Of a stretch of 64,000 bases of DNA, positions 58,107 through 64,000 are shown in pieces. The notes under the pieces were generated by a model. That model was not told the DNA's origin, ran no database searches, and saw nothing but the letters and a program-made list of their open reading frames with translations. Location: the NCBI GenBank assembly GCA_017941085.1, contig JAGAXF010000020.1, positions 36,386 through 100,385 on the forward strand. The letters run 5' to 3'. The DNA is from Bacillota bacterium. GTDB lineage: Bacteria > Bacillota > Clostridia > Peptostreptococcales > Anaerovoracaceae. A program made the position numbers and the translations under genes. How positions within the stretch are numbered: position 1 is the first letter of the stretch; every line of letters starts with the position of its first letter.

Positions 58107-59369
58107 ATGGCAACCAGAAATTGGAAAGACATCCCTTTGTTTAAGGATGTTACGGACGAACAGTGGAACGACTGGCACTGGCAAGTATCCCATAGACTAT
58201 CCACAGTGGAAGAGATTGCTCAGGTTGTGAATCTAACGGATCAGGAGAAGGAAGATATCGAAAAGGTTCTTGGTGGATTCAGAGTAGGAATCACTCCCTA
58301 CTATGCATCTTTGATGGACCCCGACGATCCAAGAGATCCGGTGAGAATGCAGGCAGTTCCCACATTGGCAGAAATGCATAGATCCGAGGCTGATGATGCT
58401 GATCCTCTCCACGAGGATGCAGATTCTCCGGCTCCGGGACTTACACACAGATATCCGGACAGAGTGCTTTTCCTGATTACAGATCAGTGCTCTATGTACT
58501 GCCGTCACTGTACCAGAAGAAGACTGGCAGGAGAAACTGACGGTGCCAGATCCAAGGAAGATATCGAAGCATGTCTGGAATACATTAGAAAGACACCACA
58601 GGTAAGAGACGTTCTTCTCTCCGGCGGCGATGCACTTCTTGTAGAGGATTCCACATTGGAATACATCATAAGCGAGCTTAGAAAGATTCCCCATGTGGAA
58701 ATCGTAAGACTGGGATCAAGAACCCCGGTGGTTATGCCCATGAGAATAACCGATGACCTGGTTAATATGCTTAAGAAGTATCATCCTATTTGGCTCAATA
58801 CTCACTTCAACCATCCAAAGGAAATGACTGAGGATGCAAAGGAAGCCTGCAGAAAGCTGGCAGATGCCGGTATTCCGCTGGGAAATCAAAGCGTACTTCT
58901 TAGAGGAGTAAACGACTGTAAATTCATAATGATGGATTTGGTTCACGAGCTTGTTATGAATCGTGTAAGACCATACTATATCTACATCTGTGATTTGTCC
59001 GTAGGTATCGAACACTTTAGAACACCGGTATCTAAGGGAATTGAAATCATTGAAGGATTAAGAGGCCATACCTCCGGCTACTGCGTGCCTACATTTGTAG
59101 TAGATGCTCCCGGTGGAGGTGGTAAGACTCCGGTAATGCCGAATTATGTAATCTCCGAAACTCCGGATAAGATTATTCTGAGAAATTATGAAGGCGTAAT
59201 CACCACCTATACACAACCGAGATTACCGGCTCTGCCATGTAAGTGCGACTACTGCACCGGCAAGAAGAAATCCTTCTATCAAGGTGTTTCTGCCTTAGGT
59301 GAAGGACTGGAAATCAGATCTATGGAACCGGCAGGATTGGAAAGACACAAAAGAAACGAACATCATTAA
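58107..59369 (+). CDS. kamA: L-lysine 2,3-aminomutase (radical SAM, PLP)
   Basis: THRYPDRV, CSMYCRHC, LSGGD, HFNHP and DAPGGGGK motifs. Confidence 0.97.
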   Translation: MATRNWKDIPLFKDVTDEQWNDWHWQVSHRLSTVEEIAQVVNLTDQEKEDIEKVLGGFRVGITPYYASLMDPDDPRDPVRMQAVPTLAEMHRSEADDADPLHEDADSPAPGLTHRYPDRVLFLITDQCSMYCRHCTRRRLAGETDGARSKEDIEACLEYIRKTPQVRDVLLSGGDALLVEDSTLEYIISELRKIPHVEIVRLGSRTPVVMPMRITDDLVNMLKKYHPIWLNTHFNHPKEMTEDAKEACRKLADAGIPLGNQSVLLRGVNDCKFIMMDLVHELVMNRVRPYYIYICDLSVGIEHFRTPVSKGIEIIEGLRGHTSGYCVPTFVVDAPGGGGKTPVMPNYVISETPDKIILRNYEGVITTYTQPRLPALPCKCDYCTGKKKSFYQGVSALGEGLEIRSMEPAGLERHKRNEHH

Positions 59370-59455
59370 GCAGGTGTAGATAAGGGCACATGGATTCAAA
59401 TTAGAATGCTTATGGGTAGGAGCATATGATGAATCTTATGGGCTTAGGACTTGAA

Positions 59456-59487
59456 GATATAGGGAGGCCTAAAGGTCTCCCTATATC
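59456..59487 (+). other. Strong intercistronic hairpin between kamA and kamB
   Basis: GATATAGGGAGGCC-TAAA-GGTCTCCCTATATC; no clear U-tract. Confidence 0.6.
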
Positions 59488-59508
59488 GGTAATTAAATAA
59501 GGAACTAA

Positions 59509-60537
59509 ATGGGACTTCTTTCAAGGATTTTAAAAGAGCATGGCGAATACAAGGCTATTTCCATTGTGGGAATGGCAAAAAATGCAGGGAAGACTACAGC
59601 CCTGAATTTCCTTATTGAAGAAGCCTATGATGAAGGAATAATACTTGGTATAACCTCCACAGGAAGAGACGGTGAAACGGTGGACCTGGTAACAGAAACA
59701 GAGAAACCAAAGGTATATCTTTACGAGGATACAGTGGTTTCCGTTCCCCGGCAGCTCTTTGATTTGGCAGAGGCGGGACTTGAGATTCTTTCTACCACCA
59801 ATTACAGAACTTCCCTGGGAGAGTTATTTCTTTGTAAGGTAAAGGACAGCGGGTATGTGCAGATTGCAGGTCCTGTTGCTTCAGCTGATACAAAGAAAAT
59901 GTACGAAGAAATGCTTTCCCTTGGTGTGGATCTGGTTCTAATAGATGGAGCCATAGACAGAAAGTCCGTGGCTGCACCGGAGTCCTCCGACGGAGTAATC
60001 TTATCCACGGGAGCCGTGCTTTCCAGGGATATAAAAAAGGTGGTAAGAGAAACTTCTCATGTGGTGGAACTATATTCCCTGCCGGAAGTAGAGGATGAAA
60101 AACTAAAGGAGATAATTAGGGAGAAGCTTAGTGAGGAAAGAATCCTTACCATTAAAGAAGACATGACCTATGAGGTGTTGGATTTAAAAACCGGATTAGG
60201 CAGTGGAAGGAAAATCAACGAGGCCATCTCCCAGGAAGTGAAATATGTTTTCCTGCCGGGGGCCTTTACAGGAAGCATAATGGGGGACATTGACCCGGCC
60301 AAGTTTAAGAATGTAGAGTTTATTCTAAAGGACCCCACCAGAATATTTATGGATTCAATTCTTTGGATGCAAATGAAGAAAAGGGGCCTAAAGGTAAAGG
60401 TATTAAAAAACATAAATGTATGTGCTGTTACGGTTAATCCCTTTGCTCCTGAAGGATATTCCTTTGATAGTGAAGTGTTGAGAGATAAAATGCAGGAGGC
60501 CCTGCCTCATATTCCTGTAATAGACGTAAGGAAATAG
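59509..60537 (+). CDS. kamB: Lysine 5,6-aminomutase reactivase subunit (KamB-like)
   Basis: SIVGMAKNAGKTT, TSTGRDGE and IDGAIDR motifs; position between kamA and the MutS-like gene. Confidence 0.8.
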   Translation: MGLLSRILKEHGEYKAISIVGMAKNAGKTTALNFLIEEAYDEGIILGITSTGRDGETVDLVTETEKPKVYLYEDTVVSVPRQLFDLAEAGLEILSTTNYRTSLGELFLCKVKDSGYVQIAGPVASADTKKMYEEMLSLGVDLVLIDGAIDRKSVAAPESSDGVILSTGAVLSRDIKKVVRETSHVVELYSLPEVEDEKLKEIIREKLSEERILTIKEDMTYEVLDLKTGLGSGRKINEAISQEVKYVFLPGAFTGSIMGDIDPAKFKNVEFILKDPTRIFMDSILWMQMKKRGLKVKVLKNINVCAVTVNPFAPEGYSFDSEVLRDKMQEALPHIPVIDVRK

Positions 60538-60586
60538 ACTTATTGATAAATCGTTAAATCATAAGAAGCAGATATAAGGAAGAAGA

Positions 60587-62230
60587 ATGAAAAGGGGAAG
60601 CAACAGAAGACTTTCAAATATTAAAACCAGAACCGAAACGGGTTTTGATTTTGTTGCTTCCAAGTTGGATATCATATGTCCCTTAGGGAAAAAGGCTCAG
60701 AAGGATGCCAAGGTTTTCTATCCGGGAGAAGAAGAACTGCTGGAGGAAGAGCTGGGAAAGGTGGAAGCCTTAAAGGCTTTGGCTGAAAAGGATTCTTCCA
60801 GGGTTGAAAAGATCAGAGAGATTTTACATTGCCTTAAGGATGTTACCTCATCCATTGAAAGGGCAGAGAATGACACCCTTACGGTAATCGAAATATACGA
60901 GATTAAATCTCTTCTTCTGTATATGGAATCCCTGGGAAAGGTTCTTGGGGAAGGGAACTCCAATATTCCGGAGGAATTTATTGTTAGGGATGCCTCAGAA
61001 GCCTTAAATCTATTGGACCCCAAGAAGGACAGAATAAATACTTTTTATATTTACGATGACTATTCTTCGGAGCTTGCAAATCTTAGGGCAAGAAAAAAAG
61101 AACTGGATGGAGAAATAAGAAAGCTTCAGAAGATTGAAAGAGACAGGATAAAGGAAACCCACGGAATCATTTTAACTCCCAAGTTTGACATAGTTATTCC
61201 CAAGTCTTCAGATAAGGTGGAATTGGCAAAAAGCATAAAGGAGCTGGAACAAATTGCCGAGGACTACAGTTCCATAACCTTTGCTCTGGCTATGATAGAA
61301 GGAATAGAGGAACTGGCAAAGGAAAGGGAGGACCTGAACCTAAGGATAGAAGAGGAAGAATTCCGGGTGAGGAAGGAACTGTCCGGTGAAATCGGAAAGC
61401 ATAAGGAACTTCTGCTGGATAACTGTGACAGAATAGGAAGACTGGACTACGTTCTTGCCAAAGCCATCTTTGCCAAGAATGAAAATTGCGTAAGGCCAAT
61501 TATTACCCGGGATCATTTAATCCATATTGAAGGCGGAAGACAGCTTCAGGTTGAATGGATTTTAAAATCCAAGGGAAAGGAATATATGCCCATTACCATG
61601 GAGCTTAATCAGGGAGTAACCTGTATAACCGGAGCCAATATGGGAGGAAAGACCATCAGCTTAAAACTGGCAGGCCTAATTCCCATAATGACCCAATATG
61701 GATATTTTGTGCCATGCGAAAAAGCTGCAATAGGCCTGTCCAACTTTGTTCAGATACTTATAGGAGACAGCCAGTCTGTGGAGAGAGGTCTTTCCAGCTT
61801 CGGAAGTGAAATGGAGGAGCTTAAGGAGATTCTGGACCATGCAGATGACAGATCCCTTATTCTGGTGGACGAGATTGCCAGCGGAACTAATCCGGTGGAG
61901 GGGTTAGCTCTTACCAGGAGCATCATCGATTATCTGGTGGACAAGCCATATATAACTTTGTTAACCACCCATTACGAAACGGTTACAAATAGCGAGAAAA
62001 TATGTAATATTCAAGTACGAGGGCTGGCGGAGGCGGACTTCAGAAAGCTGAACAGTGAACTTTCCAGGGCAAATAGGAGAGAGCGAATAGAGATAATCGG
62101 AAAGTACATGGACTATAGCCTGATTCCTGTGGAAACAGGTAAGGAGGTCCCCAAGGACGCCCTTAATATAGCAAGAATGCTGGGTCTTCCGGCTGAAATA
62201 ATAGATAGAGCATCAGAGTATATCAAATAA
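60587..62230 (+). CDS. kamC: Lysine 5,6-aminomutase reactivase ATPase (MutS-like, KamC)
   Basis: ITGANMGGKT, GLSSFGSE, LVDEIASGTNP and TTHY MutS-type motifs without a mismatch-binding domain; directly before kamD. Confidence 0.82.
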   Translation: MKRGSNRRLSNIKTRTETGFDFVASKLDIICPLGKKAQKDAKVFYPGEEELLEEELGKVEALKALAEKDSSRVEKIREILHCLKDVTSSIERAENDTLTVIEIYEIKSLLLYMESLGKVLGEGNSNIPEEFIVRDASEALNLLDPKKDRINTFYIYDDYSSELANLRARKKELDGEIRKLQKIERDRIKETHGIILTPKFDIVIPKSSDKVELAKSIKELEQIAEDYSSITFALAMIEGIEELAKEREDLNLRIEEEEFRVRKELSGEIGKHKELLLDNCDRIGRLDYVLAKAIFAKNENCVRPIITRDHLIHIEGGRQLQVEWILKSKGKEYMPITMELNQGVTCITGANMGGKTISLKLAGLIPIMTQYGYFVPCEKAAIGLSNFVQILIGDSQSVERGLSSFGSEMEELKEILDHADDRSLILVDEIASGTNPVEGLALTRSIIDYLVDKPYITLLTTHYETVTNSEKICNIQVRGLAEADFRKLNSELSRANRRERIEIIGKYMDYSLIPVETGKEVPKDALNIARMLGLPAEIIDRASEYIK

Positions 62231-62242
62231 GGAGAGAATTAA

Positions 62243-63799
62243 ATGAAGAGTAAGTTGAATCTGGACCCAAAGGTAGTGGAAAGCGCTCGCAATCACGCCA
62301 GAAATATTGCTCGTGATATGCAGGACTTTATAGACAGACATACTACCGTAAGTACCGAGCGTACTATTCTGAGACTCCTGGGAGTTGACGGAGTGGACGA
62401 TGTGGAAACACCTCTGCCTAATGTGGTGGTGGACCATATCAAAGAAGCAGGAGCCCTGCCCAGGGGTGTGGCCTACTGGATTGGTAATGCCATGATTCAG
62501 ACGGGCCTTAGTCCCCAGGAGATAGCAGAGAAGATTGCTGTTGGTGAGCTGGATATTACCAAGCTGGATACTGCATCGCCGGAGGAAGCAAAGGAAGCCA
62601 TTATGCCGGCGGTTCATGCATCCCTTCATAGAATCAAAGAGCAGACTAAAAAGCGTGAAGAATATCTGGAAAGATTAGGAGAAGGTCGTCAGCCATACCT
62701 TTATGTAATTGTAGCCACCGGTAATATCTACGAAGACGTTATTCAGGCTCAGGCTGCAGCGAGACAAGGTGCAGACATTATAGCTGTAATTAGATCTACC
62801 GCTCAATCTCTCTTGGACCACGTTCCCTACGGCCCAACCACTGAAGGCTTTGGTGGAACCTGGGCAACCCAGGAGAACTTTAAAATCATGAGAAAGGCCC
62901 TGGACGAGGTGGGAGAGGAAGTAGGCAGATACATAAGACTCTGCAACTATTCCTCCGGTATGTGTATGCCTGAAATCGCTGCCATGGGTGCCTTGGAGAG
63001 ATTGGATGTAATGCTGAACGATGCCATATACGGAATTCTCTTTAGAGACATCAATATGCAAAGAACCATCGTTGATCAATATATGAGCCGTGTAATCATC
63101 GGTTACTGCGGAATCATTTTCAACTCTGGTGAGGACAACTATCTCACTACCGATGACGCCTACGAGGCAGCTCACACCGTAACGGCATCTCAGTTTATAA
63201 ATGAGCAGTTTGCAGTTTTGGCAAATATTCAGGAATGGCAGATGGGATTAGGCCATGCCTTCGAAATGGATCCGGATATTGAAAACGGTTTCCTCTATGA
63301 ATTGGCTCAGGCGGTAATGGCTAGAGAAATCTTCCCTAAGGCCAGCCTTAAATACATGCCTCCAACAAAGTTCATGACAGGAAATATATACAAGGGACAC
63401 ATCCAGGATGCTCTCTTTAATCTGGTGGCAGTTTGGTCCGGCCAAAGCCTGCAGCTCCTGGGAATGCTTACTGAGGCAGTACATACTCCCCATATGCAGG
63501 ACAGATATCTATCAATAGAAAATGCCAACTATATCTTCAACAACTGCCGTGACCTGGGTGAAGAAGTTGAATTTAAGGAAGGCGGTATTATCCAGACCAG
63601 AGCTCAAACAGTTCTTAAGAAGGCTGACGAGCTGCTGGCTGAAGTTGAAAAGGATGGACTCTTTAGCACCATCGAGCAAGGTAAATTCGGCGGAGTCAAA
63701 CGACCAAAGGATGGAGGCAAGGGCCTTGAGGGAGTTTGCACCAAGGACGATAAATATTTCAACCCCTTTATTCCATTGATGCTGGGAGGTGAAGAATAA
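62243..63799 (+). CDS. kamD: D-lysine/L-beta-lysine 5,6-aminomutase alpha subunit
   Basis: MKSKLNLD..HTTVSTERTILRLLG, YVIVATGNIYEDV, IRSTAQSLLD and YMPPTKFMTGN motifs. Confidence 0.96.
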   Translation: MKSKLNLDPKVVESARNHARNIARDMQDFIDRHTTVSTERTILRLLGVDGVDDVETPLPNVVVDHIKEAGALPRGVAYWIGNAMIQTGLSPQEIAEKIAVGELDITKLDTASPEEAKEAIMPAVHASLHRIKEQTKKREEYLERLGEGRQPYLYVIVATGNIYEDVIQAQAAARQGADIIAVIRSTAQSLLDHVPYGPTTEGFGGTWATQENFKIMRKALDEVGEEVGRYIRLCNYSSGMCMPEIAAMGALERLDVMLNDAIYGILFRDINMQRTIVDQYMSRVIIGYCGIIFNSGEDNYLTTDDAYEAAHTVTASQFINEQFAVLANIQEWQMGLGHAFEMDPDIENGFLYELAQAVMAREIFPKASLKYMPPTKFMTGNIYKGHIQDALFNLVAVWSGQSLQLLGMLTEAVHTPHMQDRYLSIENANYIFNNCRDLGEEVEFKEGGIIQTRAQTVLKKADELLAEVEKDGLFSTIEQGKFGGVKRPKDGGKGLEGVCTKDDKYFNPFIPLMLGGEE

Positions 63800-64000
63800 T
63801 GCTAGATAAGAAATTTTTAATGTCAGCATCGCCGGCAGACAATTCCGGTGGAGAAGGAACTGCAGCAGTAAACCAGGAGAGGGAAGCCTTTGAGGCAGCT
63901 GTTCCTGAAGAGGCGGGATCCTCCACCTCCAACGCCACATCGGTGGTGGATTTAACAAAGGTAAAGCCCTATGGTGATACATTAAACGACGGCATGATGC
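63799..64000 (+). CDS. kamE: Lysine 5,6-aminomutase beta subunit, 5' part (truncated by the window end)
   Basis: TAATG overlap with kamD; manual translation ends ...VVDLTKVKPYGDTLNDGMM, matching the KamE KPYGDT.NDG motif. Confidence 0.88.
   Translation, partial: MLDKKFLMSASPADNSGGEGTAAVNQEREAFEAAVPEEAGSSTSNATSVVDLTKVKPYGDTLNDGMM

Overview
A 64-kb, almost entirely chromosomal-backbone window from a moderately AT-rich anaerobic Firmicute. Clostridia is likely, and the gene content suggests an amino-acid fermenter (inference from gene content only). In order it contains: a GlnK/GlnL-like two-component system divergent from a liv-type amino-acid ABC operon; an OmpR-type two-component system with a PepSY protein; reverse rubrerythrin, NiaR-like, NifU-like and pepV genes; tsaE-tsaB-rimI-tsaD-ABC-F, acpP and rex; a 56-aa ferredoxin missed by the ORF track; ogg; CIRCE-groESL; cca with tRNA-Ala(GGC); dnaE; glnS; a SCIFF (ranthipeptide) precursor missed by the ORF track plus its radical-SAM maturase; several uncharacterised membrane-protein paralog sets; hflX; and a lysine-fermentation cluster (kal, kdd, kamA-B-C-D, start of kamE). 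No CRISPR array, prophage, integrase or transposase is visible. The standout is the 688-aa regulator between kal and kdd. It is a full-length paralog of the neighbouring enzyme Kdd that has lost the NAD-binding glycine loop, fused to an enhancer-binding-protein AAA+ domain that lacks GAFTGA and carries Walker B and arginine-finger substitutions, followed by a TyrR-like HTH. Paired TGAACC-N6-GGTTCA boxes sit at nearly identical distances upstream of sigmaA-type promoters of both kal and kdd. A second pattern is several TATAAT-N6/7-ATG starts with no Shine-Dalgarno, including dnaE, which suggests leaderless mRNAs. All calls are by-eye motif recognition; no searches were run.
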